From the NCBI GenBank assembly GCA_036172245.1, contig JAYWIR010000029.1, positions 2,108,001 to 2,172,000 of the forward strand: a stretch of DNA of 64,000 nt. The letters are read 5' to 3'. The translations under genes were made by a program, and so were the position numbers. Under the pieces are notes generated by a model. It was not told where the DNA came from. It did no database searches and saw only the letters and a program-made list of their open reading frames with translations. This DNA is from Raillietiella orientalis (lineage: Eukaryota). This document shows, piece by piece, positions 11,640 to 25,310 of the stretch; positions within the stretch are counted from its first letter, which is position 1, and every line of letters begins with the position of its first letter.

Positions 11640-14260
11640 TTTTCTGAGACATCGTCCTCGACTTTTGTGATGAAAAAGTGGTTTCTAGACTCCGGCCCAG
11701 CCCACGAGGCTTCGTCGTCAACCGGGCCGTTAGCCGGGCCGAAGTCTCATGCTGTGCACCAGATCAAGAAGACGCCGCTATGGGATACTCGGAGCAACAG
11801 GATCACAGCGTTTTGGTGTCCGAGGGAAAGGAGGGAGTCGTCCAAACCCAAGGAGTTCACGAGCCGCCACCGATTCGGGATGCCCAACGCGGCAATGCAG
11901 TCCGTCTTGCGGTTCCGCTTGATGGCAGCATCGGCCAGCTACTCGGCTTCCCATTCTCCTGATGGTTTTCTTGCATTCTCAGCAGTTCAGGATGAATCTC
12001 ATTTCTCGGGTAGGAAAACGACTTCTTTCTTGAGAGTCGGAACGGAGCTGCGGCAAGGAGTACGGGGTGAATAGGGACCCACTCTTGCTCATCGTCCTTC
12101 ATCAAGGCGAAGAAGATAAACCTTTGCCGGGTTTCCGGTAGAGGTCACGTCATTGGTGCGACCTCTCGTAGTGCTTATACACAGGCCCACAGTTTTCTGC
12201 TTGGCGAATCGAAGAGCGACCATCCTTTCCCAGAAGGGAACGAAGAGATCCATTATTTGTCAGGGACCCCTGCCGTTTCTTCGAGACTGGTTCCCACGAT
12301 GAGGCTCTTGAGGGATGGAATTTTAGCGAAGACAGGCTGAAACTTCGTTATCAGAGGTTTCCTTCTTAATCTTGCAGCTCTTGGATTTATCCCAGCTCTT
12401 CCATCTCTTCGCGTGGATGTTAGGAATGGAGGGAAAGGTCAAGATCGATCGCGGAAATTTGTGGAGGTGAGAAGAAAAGTTGAAGAACTAGACGAAGAAG
12501 AAGAGGATTGATTGGCGAACCTTTGGAATTTGCTTCCTGCAATTTCTGGACGTGACGCTCATGCTGCTAGGCACGAAACCTCCTGAAACCGTTTTTCAGA
12601 AGAGTAGCCGTGGATACCAGTCGTAAGACGGAGAATCGAAAACTGTAGGCTGAATCGTGCAGGAGCAATCCGTTCTGTTATGAGCATTACAGATGCATTC
12701 TGTAGTATCGAGAACAACAAGCTAGAGAGCTGTTTCACATCTCAGAAAGAACTCTTGAGCCAGGCTGGGAAAAGATTCCCTGAAGACTTCCTTCTGGGCA
12801 AAAAACAAGGACAATTCCCCATGGCCTCTGAAGGAGTTCCAACTATACTGCGATTCTTAGACAACTCCCCAGAGAAGCATCCTTCATACAGGTGAGACAG
12901 TCAACTCTGGATGGAGGATGGTTTATCCCGAACGTGGAAATACTCTTCATCAACTTTAACATCCTTACTAGAGGGAAGAAAATCCCATGAACTCCTTGAT
13001 GACTGGAGGTCAACAAAAACGGTCCTGCTTTCGAAGACCTCTCCGGTGTAGCAAAATATCTCCATGAGAGACACTGAAAAGCACTTGGCACATAAGAGAT
13101 AGGTGCTCCTATGGAGACCATATTTTGATCTTATCCAAAATATCTTCTCGGCTTTTTGTCCAAGATCAAGTGTAGTCGCCATAGGAGACAGCGACTATCA
13201 CTCGTATGCTATGTTCTCTCCGGAAGATGAAGAGAGTGGATCCTTGGCAGCGGATGATCTGGTCCCAGCAGAAGGGATTTCTGCCCTTTGACAGAGATTT
13301 GGATCAGAACTCTGCTCGGCAACTCGGTTGGATTCCACACGATATCGGTCATCTTCATTGATCTTGCATTTGGCATGGTCCCTTACGAACTGTTGCTAGC
13401 CGCGCTGGTCGAGTCCGACGTTGGATCTGCCTTTGTTTCTATCGTTAAAGATCTTTAGGTAGATGTACAATTGTGGGCAATCACAACACAAGGCATCTTC
13501 GTGTAAAGGAAGACTGCCATTTAATCTCACCCTCCACCGTGAAGGTTGAATCCTTTCGAAGGAGGTTGAGGTTTTATAGCAAAGACGTGGTCCCAGAGTA
13601 TGCTCATGCTCTGGTCACCCTGCAGACTGGAGGACGCCATGAGAATTTCCATAAGCACTCCCTACGACTGAGACCGACTCTCAGAAGACATTCTTCTTTC
13701 CCAGCCTTGTCCACTTTCGAAGGCTAAGAGCGCACTCTAAAACAGAGCAGCCAACGTGTTGATCGAAGTCTTTGTCAGATGGTGAAAAAGTGCCTGCGTT
13801 TACATCGAGGATTTCCAGTGAACCCTTGTTTGGCGAACAACCGAAGGAATGTGTGGACCTCATGCAGCTGTCACATGAAGCAAATGTCCTCGTTCTACAC
13901 GGCTGCTTCAAGCTACTGACGTTACCGAATGTCTCCATGGTGAGACTAGTCCGGGAGACTCTGAGATCTTGGGAAAGTTGAGAAGTTTCTTGACAGTAAA
14001 CCCTCTTGAGGATTCTCCTTCGTAAAAGTGCAAACATTGGAATTATTTGGGCAGTGCGCGAACTGGTGCTTCTTAAGGATTTGGTGGAGATGATCTCCAT
14101 CTGGTGGCGACTCACTCCGACCCCACCACGAGACGAAAATTGGCATCGAGCTCAATGCAACTTCGCTTGGCAATCCCTGATTGATGAGCACCTTGAACAA
14201 AGGAAAGCCCTGCATGCGTTTGACTGCATCATTCTTCGGCTGCTTTTTGATAACAGGTAA
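11640..14260 (+). pseudogene. Tentative decayed C-terminal half of a Mononegavirales-like L (polymerase/capping/methyltransferase) gene, i.e. an endogenous viral element
   Basis: Scattered motifs in plausible order across frameshifts and stops: GPTLAHR (about 12075-12095), LLGESKSDHPF (about 12200), LLWRPYF...VVAIGDS (13106-13192), VIFIDL (about 13350), IVK about 30 aa later. Motif resemblance only. Confidence 0.3.
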
Positions 14261-17200
14261 CTGCCTTTAATTGGCTGATTACCTCTTCGTCTATGCTCCC
14301 AGGCTTAACCTGCTTCCAATTAGAGGTGCTGCAAGGTGGAGAGCAGAGGAAAACGCTCATATAAACGTAGCATCTGGGACAAGACGTCGACTCGCATGCT
14401 TAATCATCGTAGGAGGCATGCTCTCATCTCTTGGCGCCGTACCACAACGATAAACTTTCAACGTCATTGTCGAGCGGCTGAAGAACGCGACGACTGGCAG
14501 TTGTGAACTGATGTCTACAAAGCGGCGAGTTCCCGGAATCGGTTTCTTCCTGTTATCCTCCCAATCTGTCCCTTCGGAAGGGCAACAGCATCATCGTCCA
14601 AGACGTCTGTCCATTCGAGCACGAGAAAGACGAAGACTTCTTGCCAAGAGAAACAAATTGAGCAACACATAATAGGCAAGATATAAAAGACTTCAGCGGT
14701 TCTCGAGAGGCACCCAGTTGAAAATCCACTCAATGTTCGTTGCTTCGTCGGAATCTCGGCATCCTAAGAATGATAAAGCTTTTAGAAATCTGGATATTCC
14801 CGGGCTGTAAGCGGAGAAAATGGTGCACTTGGTGGCTGCTTCTAGTATCCGCTGCATTCGCAATATTTCGACGCGTCGACCGGGATGCTCTCTAGGCGAG
14901 ATTTCCAATCTTTCACCATAAATCGGGATGCTGATGATCTTATGAACCGGCAACAAGACAAAGGTGGGTAAGACCAGATGGGAATCAATGAGGCCTTCTC
15001 TTGAGCAACATTCCATCATAATTGGAGGAGCGCTCGTCTGAGAAGCCAGAAGGGAAGTGGAAGGATGGTGGAGCGCCACCACTTTTGTTGGTGGAATCGT
15101 GATGTTAATCCAACATAAACGATGGCTTCTCGATCCTTTTGACTGAGATCGGAGTGCGAACGAAGACGGAAAGATGGTGCAAAGTCATCTTGTTCCGATT
15201 GAGTACCAAAAATCAAACAAAAGACGGCTTTTCGGCCATGCACGATAGTTCATAGGAAGGAGCGAATAAACCGGTATGAGAAAAACAGAGGCATGAAACT
15301 TGAATTTCACAGAGTCGTCGAGTCGAGGATTTTTTCCGACTCGGTTCTGAGGACCAACTCAGCTCCCCATTTTCATACTAGAGATTCCAGTGGAAGCTCA
15401 GAGATGTCTCTGTTGTCTGTACTTGTTGTATGGTGTAATCGTGCGTTCTCCGCTGGGATGCAGTGGGTGAAATTCTTGTCCTCCTTCAACCCCGCCCTCC
15501 TTAGCATAAAATATGCCATAGAAGACATTCCGAATTTGATGAAGCTCTTCCTCGCTCAATCCTCTTCTGAAAGACAATGACAGCAACTGTTCGAGCCCAA
15601 TCAAAGTCCGCAGGAGAGTGAGGATGCCCCTGAAGAGAATCTTTCAGCAGACGTTTTTACTCTTTCTCTCTCGAAAAAGGCTTGATGTTTACCAGAGAAT
15701 GCCCGATTAGTTAATTCTCTTGTCGATTGTGTTGATGGTGGGTGTTTGGATTCTCTCTTGAGTGCTGCAGGTGATGGTCCTTTCTCATCTTCCCCATCTC
15801 TAATCCGTGGCACATAATGTACGCTCGCAGCTGAGCTCAGCTAGTTAGACTCCACATTGTACTAAAGATACATCACCATTCTGATCTACTGAGTTCCCAT
15901 CTCTTCAGAACCGGAACAAAAGTGATCTAAGCGATTCCCTTGAAGCTGAAAAAGGACCAAGTCTTCATGATGTCTTCTCCAAATGTTGGCTCGGAATCCT
16001 AGGCTTTCGGGAGCTCATTTTTGAAAGCAGCAGTTTCTGTAATCTGAGAATGATTTCCTTTGCCTCCTTTATGGTGCCAGAGAATTAGAAGATGCCCCTC
16101 CTTTCTCATTTGAAGAGAGAAACACGAGACCACCGAAGAAGAATTTTTTTGATGCCATGGAAAGAAGAAGCGAACCTTCAATGAGTGAGGAAACCATGGA
16201 GGCTTCCCTCATGTTTACATAAACTGGGTTTTTCGGGTCGCAAACAAAAGCTAGGACGTCCGAAAAATACTAAGCTCTTGAGAATGGCAGAGGTGACGAT
16301 AAGACCACTTGTTATGGAGATAGATAAAGTACCAGGAGAATAGTGTGGAATAACGAATCATTCCACAAAGAGGGCTCTGGGCTGCAAATTCATTTGCATT
16401 TCAGAATGGAGTGTCGCTTAAACCCTGAAAAATGTTAGGAGGTATTAAAAGAAGAATCTGAAGGCGAGGATGCATTTCTGTGTGCTGTGGGAAAGGATGC
16501 ATTGCTGTTGCTCGAGAAAATCGGATAATGTTTGCCTATCTATGTTGCGTTCCCTTGCTACCGAAGATAAAAAAAAATGACGTGGAAATCTCCATCCATT
16601 CTTGCCCATCCAAGTTCAGGTCACGGAACAAAAAGCACGAATACTCCCGTCGTTCGGCAAATTGGGTGGATCGTAAATCCTGTTGTGTTGCCGATGGGAG
16701 CAGCGCACTCGTCAGCACTCAACTGACATGGCTACCTAACCGGCGAGGCATTCAGAATTCGGGACGCAACGATGTTTTTGTTGCTGCCTCATTTCCTTGA
16801 GTCAAGACTTCTGCGAGGCAAATACGTTCGTGTGCTTTGCGAAATGTGGCACCAGAACCAGGTGGATGCACCGATGGCTCGCTTTTCACTCTGGAAAGAA
16901 CTCCTGGACTTGGATTTAAGGACGCCTTCGACCTCAAGAACCCGGAGGACAAACACGTGCTTTTTGTTCAGCAGCTTCAGACGCTGAAGAACTTTGCCAT
17001 CCTCAAGCTATCAGTCGGGTTTTCAGAAGCGGTGTCATGCCAATATTCCGATCCTTCCTGCGGTGCTGATACCAGAGGCCTTCGAGAGTAATTCACGATT
17101 TCCTTTTAGCGATGAGGGGGAGCAGGGAAGCCAAGAGTTTGAAAATCCAAAAGTGGATGGATGTAGATAAAGGAAGAAAGCGATGGACCGCCGCTCGAAA

Positions 17201-20200
17201 CCATAAGGGTAAGAAACACACCAGGAACGAGCAATCGCGTTTGTCGTCTGCCCTTACCTCGATCTCCAATCGCGAACTGTTTCCACGCAATTCTTGTAAT
17301 TACTGGGGTCATCCGATAAGATTTGCCCCATATTTGTTTTCAGGTCAGAAATAATCGGAAAGAGGTGAAATGGCCCTGCGGATTCTTTTTTCGCGTGTAG
17401 TCTCTGTGATGATGGACTTTCAAGACGTGCCATCGGATGCTACGCCGATTGATGGTGAAGCGCCGCACCAATGGAGCTGTGTCATCGAGTTTCTAATGGC
17501 TTGAAAGGGGATCAAGAGGGAATTTAGATGAAGGATCACCTGGGCAAATCGCCCTATAAATAAAAGCACAGTAGAGCATGCGAGCAAAACACCAGAAAGA
17601 GGGGACACCAGCCCAGACGACAAGTCACGAATCGGCCATCCAAATCTTGGCCTTGACAGCTGACGATGAGCAGCACGCTAATGAAATCATCATCCAGAGG
17701 TGCCGACGCGTGACTTGCAGGGAGTTGTCCTGCAGTTCAGTATCAGAGAAGTATGGATGCGATAGTTCGATGCGTTATTACGCAAACTCTTGTGAGCGCT
17801 TCGTTCCCCACCAGAGGCACAGGGTTCAGAGGACGCCGCTGTGTCCTCTGGCTCTACACAAAGCAGCTATCGGCGGCGAGCACTTCCCTCCTAGGAAATA
17901 ACCGAAAATGAGGACGGATTCACTCTGAGCTCAGAAGGAAATGGCAATTCATGGGAAGGCAACAGACAGCTCCGCTGATCAGCTCAGCTGAGAGACGTTT
18001 CTTCCATCAGCGGAACTGATGGCAACTGTTTCCTAGAAAAGTAAAGGCATGTCGAAACCACGTAATACGGAGCGACAGGGCTTGTAGGCTGATGCACAAC
18101 TTCGGCCAGAGACAGGAAGCAAAATGCTGATGTTTTGAACGTCAGCGCAAGAGGAAGGGAGGTCATCTTCGAAGCCATCACCAAACCGAGCAGAAGTGTG
18201 CTTTCGTGCTTTCCCATTCAGCTCGGGTCTGTCTCCACCGGACTTCCATCTGTTTAGAGGAATGGAGGATGCCGCTTGGAGGAAATTCAGAGATGATGAG
18301 AAGGCTATGACAAGAGAAGACAAGGACTGATGCTGCCTTTGTCGACTGCAACAGTGATGCCATACCGACGACGGGATTTCTCAAACAAAGGATGCACCGC
18401 ATTTCTATGCGAAGAAAAGCCTCAAAGGAGAAAAACACATACCTACTGCTTGTAGATGTGGCCATTCCAACGATAGTTTCAAATGCTAATTCTTTGCAAC
18501 GATTTTTCACTGAGACAAAAAGCATGATGCAAGACATTTCGAGTGATCCCAGGATTTGAAGAAACCATTATACAACCTCTAGGGCTTAATTATTCTTGTA
18601 TTCCGGTTGTGAAATAGTTACTGTTCCACAATTTATTGCGATTGGTTGCCACTACATTGCGACCCATTCTTATTATTCCTATTAGGCATAAGCAGCAGCA
18701 AAGCTGAGCAAACGATGTCTTTCCAACTTTGCTGCTTTCAGCTCCTTTCATCTCATGTTCAATGGAGCATGCTACACTGGATGTCATTCATCATATTAAT
18801 TTATCAGTTAGTCTAATCCTTTTTAAAGCAGATATTAGGATAGATAATAGTTTAGGATTTATGTGGTATAAAGTGGTACGTTGCAGAAAAAAACTGCCAA
18901 TCAAAAGCTGCTATAAAAGAAATAATACAGTAACTGGAAACACTTCAAATTGAAAAATTTACAATACGGATATTACGATACAAATTTACAATACTCGAAA
19001 TTCAGTAAGACTTCTTTGAAAATATGCTTCACAGCCTGTATGTATATCCATTTCACTCTCAGGATTCCAAGAATTTCTGCTTTGCATATGCAAAACAGGA
19101 GATGCAGAACGCTCTCGTTTCCAGAACCTGCATATTGAGATTCCAGAAATGAGTAGAACCTCAGGGGATATGGAATCAGAAAAAGGATTGTTCTGTCACC
19201 ATGCGGAAATCTGGCGTGTCAGACAAGTCACTTTCCAAAACAAACACTTTCGGAGTAAGAATGTCACTTTCTACGTGCAGCAGGGAATCACGCTAATGCC
19301 ACAGCGTAGTCGATCTGTGTCCATTTGACCGCGATATGTAGTAAATATGCTGACCCTTGAAGTACAGTTTGCCATCTGCCAGCTGGTGAGTACAAGATTC
19401 CCATCACAAAGAGGCAACTGCACTTCAGAGAATCATCTCACCATTAAATTTTCTGATAAGCCATTTTATTTATAAATGGAAAAGATTATTGGACTGACCT
19501 TCCGATTGCAAACAAAGAAAAACTATTCACATACGAAAAACGTAGAGATTGAGATTTCATAAGAATTCTCATTGTATTGAAACCGTTTTCAATTGCTCGG
19601 TAATTGATTTCGAAACCATCGTATACACTGCAAATGGACGAATATCATATCAGGAGCAATACCTTTTAATCTAAAACACTATGATATCGACCTTGCACCT
19701 TTTTGCATTCTGTATCGTAAATCGTTAATCACTCCATTCCTGAGATGCAGAATCAGATATTGAGGACTTTGAAGCAATTAATAAAATAAAGAAGCGATTT
19801 TTTCTTCGTTTCCCATATCCTTGCATATAGGAGAACAAGTTCTGCATCATGAACAAAAGGATACTTTAATAACAAAGCATAAAGTGTTTTGAGACATTTA
19901 TCAAAAATAATTTGTGCTTAATGATAGTGATACTTTCAGTTTGTTATGCTGCTATGCAGCTCGATACAAAACTTTCACTAGTTCTGCTGTTTGATCAATT
20001 TTAAAATTCCAGTCACATCAGCAGGTGGCTTTTAAGGTAGGCATTTCGAAGTGAGTTGAAAGTTCATGGTCCCCACTCTGGAAAGTGGCTCTTCGGCAGT
20101 TTCCACATTTCTTTCTTCGTGAACTAATGACGTTGTCATCTACTGATCGCATCAAATTTTGGAGGTAGGCACACATTAAGTTTGGATTCAGAACATGTGA

Positions 20201-22291
20201 GGAGAACCTTGTGCATATAGAATCCCAAGCAGGCAATGACAGCAGAATACGATAAAAAGCCTTCGGAAGAATTAGGGAAATTACACGCATCAAATTCTCT
20301 CACTCGAAACTGACTGAACTCCTTATTCCAGTACCACTACCGTAATACTACATTTTTGTCTTTATCTGGATAGAGGCTATGCTAACTTACCCTGCAACCA
20401 CTCATCCTCTCGTTCACCCTTCGCTGACCAAGAGCTATCTAACAAAATTTTTCAGCGAAATGTCATGTTCATAATGGTTCTGAAATCTGGTATTTTTCTC
20501 GATAGGGGTCCAGAAGAAGGAATTTGTCATCTCTATCGTTTCTTACTGTGGGAGCATGTTCATATGTGCTTATATTTTTTATCAAAAAAAGCGCGATTCA
20601 TTGGATTGATGATCTTATGATACGACAATATTAAGAAGCATCTAATTTATATTCATCTGATGGTTACTCATGTACTAATCTGGGATGCTTGGAAAAAAAT
20701 GAGCAACAGGGAAAATTTCCATGAGTCAACGTATTGAAGTATTCTTTGAGGATCGTAAACCTGTTTTGATCTTACACCTCACTGTGGCGACTTATAATGT
20801 AGAAATAAAAAAGTCGGTGTTTTACAGATAATTTTGTATAATTAAAGCTGAAAATGGCCATTCTCGGCTTCCTTTTCTCGTTAATATCGAAAAGGCCATT
20901 TTGCTTTTTGCCTTTAATCTAACCATAAATTCATCGAGAGCTTTGAATGAAAATCATTATCAGAAAGGTACAAGAAAAAGATAGAATGAATATAAAATAG
21001 CTAACATAAATAATAATACTGTACGAAATCAAGTTCTCATATTTAGTTATGCAAGATCTACTCGCTAAAATTACACAGTATATGAATGTTAGTCTATCTT
21101 AATTGAATTTTTTGGTTTTTTCTTTTTTTTCTCATTAAATAACAATTAATTATAACATCCAGCGTTGATCTAATTTGCGCCAAGGATTTACTTCACAAAT
21201 AGTTTTTTATGCACTCCGAGAGTACCGATGTCTTGCTGCATCTAATTTTTTTATATTACTTTTTTGTTGCAAAAATGGTTGTCGAATTCCATTTATACGT
21301 TTGTTTAATCTGTAACCTACATGGACATGATGTCTATGTTGGAATCTTTCTTGCAATGCCAAATAGTGAACACATTCTAAAGTGATAATCCTTTCTCAGC
21401 CCTCAAACTTAATTTTAATGACTCGATTTCATCATCTCCTCATAACTGGTTCACTAGGATATACGTTATCGCGGTTCAAAAGACATTTTTGTAGGTTGTT
21501 TTTTTCATGTCTCTCTTTATGTTACCTATTGAACCCTCAAGTTTCCTTTTTCAGTTCTTTTCCGCTTCGGAAGGTGGCCATCATGAGCCTTACATACCTT
21601 CAAAAATGAAATGAGGGAACCACCACTTCCTAATTTCGTGTATGAAGTTTTCGATTTTCATAGCCTACCTTCTCTATAAGGTGATATCATTGTGCTCCGT
21701 TATAACATGTCAAGTTGTAATCTCTTTCTTTGAATTTTCTTCCGAATTCCTTCCTAACAGAAGATAAACGTGAAACGACATTAATTGCAGTTATCATTTT
21801 CCCTCAGATCTGAAAAGTAATTATTGAGTCGGCAATGATTTGTTTCCTTGCACTTTGCATTGCAATTTTGAAAGTGCGTTCTGATGCCCTCTACTGAGAT
21901 GGAGTAAAGCTTCCATTTAAACTGGTTTCGTTTGTTTTAGGTAGCTGTATATTAATTGACAAATTTGATATACTTATTCTGAACGGGAAAACCCAGGATA
22001 AAATAAGCCAAGAAACCCAGTTAAAGCATAAATCTCATTAAAGAGTCATGTGATTTAGGATATTTCTTGACCGCTCTTATCATCCACTAGTAAGAAAAAT
22101 GTCTTTGGATAACCCACAGCAAATAGATCTTTTTCAATTGGACCTTTTACGATTAAGCAAGCTGAGGCAACAATTGGAACAAGTAGGTGCATGATCTAAC
22201 TTGCTTATTATGTAATATTATTGGGCAAATGATACATAGAAAGGAGGCAAAATGTGAGTAGTCTTCTAGCAGATAAATTTATACATACCGT

Positions 22292-22428
22292 ATCTCCCCA
22301 TTAAAACATGAGATAGGTATTTGAGGTAATGTTAAAACGAAGTTACTGTTTTACCCCACTTTTCGTTAATTGATGTTCAGTTTTTCATTATTTGTGTTTT
22401 TCATGGGGATTCTTAGATAATGTGTTTA
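22292..22428. repeat. ~135-bp dispersed repeat, copy 1, with terminal inverted repeat
   Basis: Highly similar to 22818-22953. The ends tccccattaaaaca...tgtttttcatgggga are complementary. Confidence 0.85.
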
Positions 22429-22817
22429 TTTTCGTACAGCTCCAATTCACTTAAAGTAAATCATAAATTGTGATTATTAGCATTCTCAAAATGCATCCTG
22501 CAGCATAATGTATGCCAATGTTTGCTTGATTATTTTGTTGCAATATGTTGAGCAATTAGTAAAACATGTTTTATGAACTGTATAAGAAAACCTCATTTCG
22601 TTTTTATTAGCATCTTAAATAATGATAAAGGTTCACTGTTATGCTGAAGTTGGATTTAATTGCTATTGATCACAAGTTGTTAACAAGTAGGGAGAAACGA
22701 TTGTAATCATGCTTTGGTTTCTCTGATTTCCTCCTGTAATTGTTTCCGAATTTGAAGAGCTGAAAGATTTGTGGAATTAGGTGTTTGTTTCATTAGCCTG
22801 GTAAATTTCATCCGCAA

Positions 22818-22953
22818 ATCTCCCCATTAAAACATGAGATAGGTATTTGAGGTAATGTTGAAACTAAGTTACTGTTTTAGCCTACTTTTCTTTAATTGAT
22901 GTTCAATTTTTCATTATTTGTGTTTTTAATGGGGATTCTTAGATAATGAGTTT
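22818..22953. repeat. ~135-bp dispersed repeat, copy 2, with terminal inverted repeat
   Basis: Direct copy of 22292-22428. The ends tccccattaaaaca...tgtttttaatgggga are complementary. Confidence 0.85.
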
Positions 22954-23628
22954 AGTGGGGATCTTATTCATATATAAGAGAGTTCATCCTACTTTGCTCA
23001 GTATTCACAGTGATTCATAAATTTGTGGAAAAGGATGATCAATAATTTTCAACTTATTCAACTTATATCTTCAGGATATTCAACTTATATCTTCCTCATT
23101 GCATAAGTTAAGAATTGCAATGGGAAAATTCCAAGATTCAGAAAATGCATTGATTCAGACTACCAAAGAGGAGGCAGGGAGAGAAATCCTTGTGCCACTC
23201 ACTAATTCTGTATCCTTATATTAAGTACTTGCTACCTTAACTTCAAATATAGATGTATGTTCCTGGATCAGTTAGTGATACTCAAAATGTGCTTGTGGAT
23301 ATTGGAACTGGTTATTATGTGGAAAAGGTTGGTAAAAGCTGTGCTATCATGCTCATATCAGAAAATTATAGAGTGTGCCTGATGCTCAAAGTTATTTTCA
23401 TCGTAAAATTGATTATCTGAATGAGCAGATTGAGAAAATTCAGATTTTGGTAATGGACAAGATTAAAATTCGAGATGGTGAGTTAAGCTTAACACTTTCT
23501 TGACACTTGCCATTGCAGCTGTCATTCGCATGTTGGAGATGAAAATTCAAACTCAGATGCAAGCTGAACAACCCTCCCAAAACTAGTGATTTATTTCACC
23601 TTGAGGCTCAGAAATAAAGCACTTTGTA

Positions 23629-24379
23629 TCAACTGCCAAGCTTTTTATTTTTATGTTTTCCATTCTTTTTCTGTTTCATTAATTGTTGCAGGTCTTTAAA
23701 AAAATCACTATTTTTAGCTTTCATTTGTGAGTTTGTTCCATTTTTTTTTTTTGTTAAATACCAAGCATCCTTTGCTGGACTTGATGTTTCTGAATCAGTA
23801 TTATAGGTGTACAATGTATACAACCCATGTGAACCTGTTTGTAAGTGCCATGCAGCATTCAAGAAAGCCTTTTGAATACGATCTAATTCTTCACTGCTAA
23901 CATTGCGACTGACATTAAGCTCAGGTTGCAAAGGGTTCTGCACATACAAAGGTGAGGAATCTGGCTTGGATATGGGAGCACCAGCAAGTACTGAGATACC
24001 ATAGTGCCGCCAATTCCATGTCATGTAAAATTCAAAAAACTCTCCTAGCAATGTTTCTAGGCTTTCTTCATTAGTAGTAATGGGGATTTGCTTTAGTTGA
24101 CGAACAAATGTGCAATCTACTCCATCAGAAGCTTGACGCTGATCACATGAAGTAGCAAGTTTTTGCAAAGTTGTCAAGGGTGGCAAAATAGGGATAGATC
24201 TTCTCTGTAAAAAAAATAGCACTAAGAGAGCAAGGGTAAAGTTTGTAATCCAACATCCAGGCACATCATTTGTTAACACTTCATGAGAAGCCCAGCGCTT
24301 TATAGCCATAATCAAAGGCCGCACACGTATATCCAGTTCTCCATAAAGCCAAACTAATTCTGACATAAATACTCCTGAA
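23629..24379 (-). CDS. MTPAP: Mitochondrial poly(A) RNA polymerase, exon 5 of 5 (PAP-associated domain, stop codon)
   Basis: SGVFMSELVWLYGELDIRVRPLIMAIKRWA...PGCWITNFTLALLVLFFLQ...LLGEFFEFY...PLYVQNPLQPELNVSRNVS. Acceptor AG at 24381-24380; stop at 23631-23629. Confidence 0.93.
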
Positions 24380-24422
24380 CTGTGATATATTAGATGCAAG
24401 ACAAATGCATAATAACTCTTAC

Positions 24423-24844
24423 TTGTTTTCAATTGTAATATCACAGTCAATGTTTACCAATGCTTGATGGTATTTAATGATGGGAACACGTGCTCGTGAA
24501 ATTCTCATCACATGAGAACAGCCAGGGAGGAAAGTACTTATCAAATCACCTATCACATTTACATACTGCTGTGTCTGGACCCGAGCTACCTTAGCAGCAG
24601 AACGGGTCTGAAAAAGTAGAGAAGAAGGTGGTGGTTTCGAATCAGAGTGCAATTCCAGATTCATATCTAGGTCACAGTTATGATGACCGAGTCCATTGAC
24701 AGATGATCCAAATGGGAGCACACAGCATCTGGGAAACAGACCAAAGAGTGCATCTTCAATTTGCTGGCATAATAAGAAACGCACACGAGTGCCTACTTCT
24801 CCCAATTGCAACCATGCATGCTGCTGTTGTAACTGTTTAGACAA
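24423..24844 (-). CDS. MTPAP: Mitochondrial poly(A) RNA polymerase, exon 4 of 5 (nucleotidyltransferase core)
   Basis: PFGSSVNGLGHHNCDLDM (GS..DxD catalytic motif) and ARVPIIKY...DCDIT. GT-AG boundaries are phase-consistent with exon 5. Confidence 0.93.
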
Positions 24845-24882
24845 CTGGAACACAAGTTAAAACAAAGGTCATTTCACTTAAC

Positions 24883-25104
24883 CTGTGGAATGCTTTTTAG
24901 TTTTTCATTCACAGCAGTATCAAGAACTATGGAATCTGTTTGTACTGTGAACGTGTTGTTTTTTCTTTGTGGGGCACTTTCTTTTAACTTCAAAAATAAA
25001 AAACGCGATGAAACAGGAACAAGGCAAGCTTTTGGTAGAAAATGTGCATCAGAAATGGTTTCCTTCACAGAGTCGAACTCTTCAAATTCAATTAAAAGAA
25101 ACTT
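24883..25104 (-). CDS. MTPAP: Mitochondrial poly(A) RNA polymerase, exon 3 of 5
   Basis: KFLLIEFEE...VPVSSRFL, typical of the MTPAP RRM-like (RL) domain. 222 nt, phase 0/0, GT-AG boundaries. Confidence 0.88.
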
Positions 25105-25152
25105 CTAAAACAAATGTTCTTAATATATAACTCACTAGTTCACCTATTTCAC

Positions 25153-25310
25153 CTCCTTTAAATTAAATTCGTAGGCGAACGATTCTTTTACTGCACCATA
25201 TTTTCGCAGGAATTCCCATGCTTCACCAAAAGTGACCTTGGCAGGTATCTGAATCAAAACTGTGCGTTGAGCTTGTCCTCTACGCCTGTCAAGTAGTTGC
25301 TCAAAGTCAC
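25153..25310 (-). CDS. MTPAP: Mitochondrial poly(A) RNA polymerase, exon 2 of 5
   Basis: DFEQLLDRRRGQAQRTVLIQ...YGAVKESFAY, resembling the conserved RREQAQRTVLI start of the RL domain. 158 nt, GT-AG boundaries. Confidence 0.85.
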
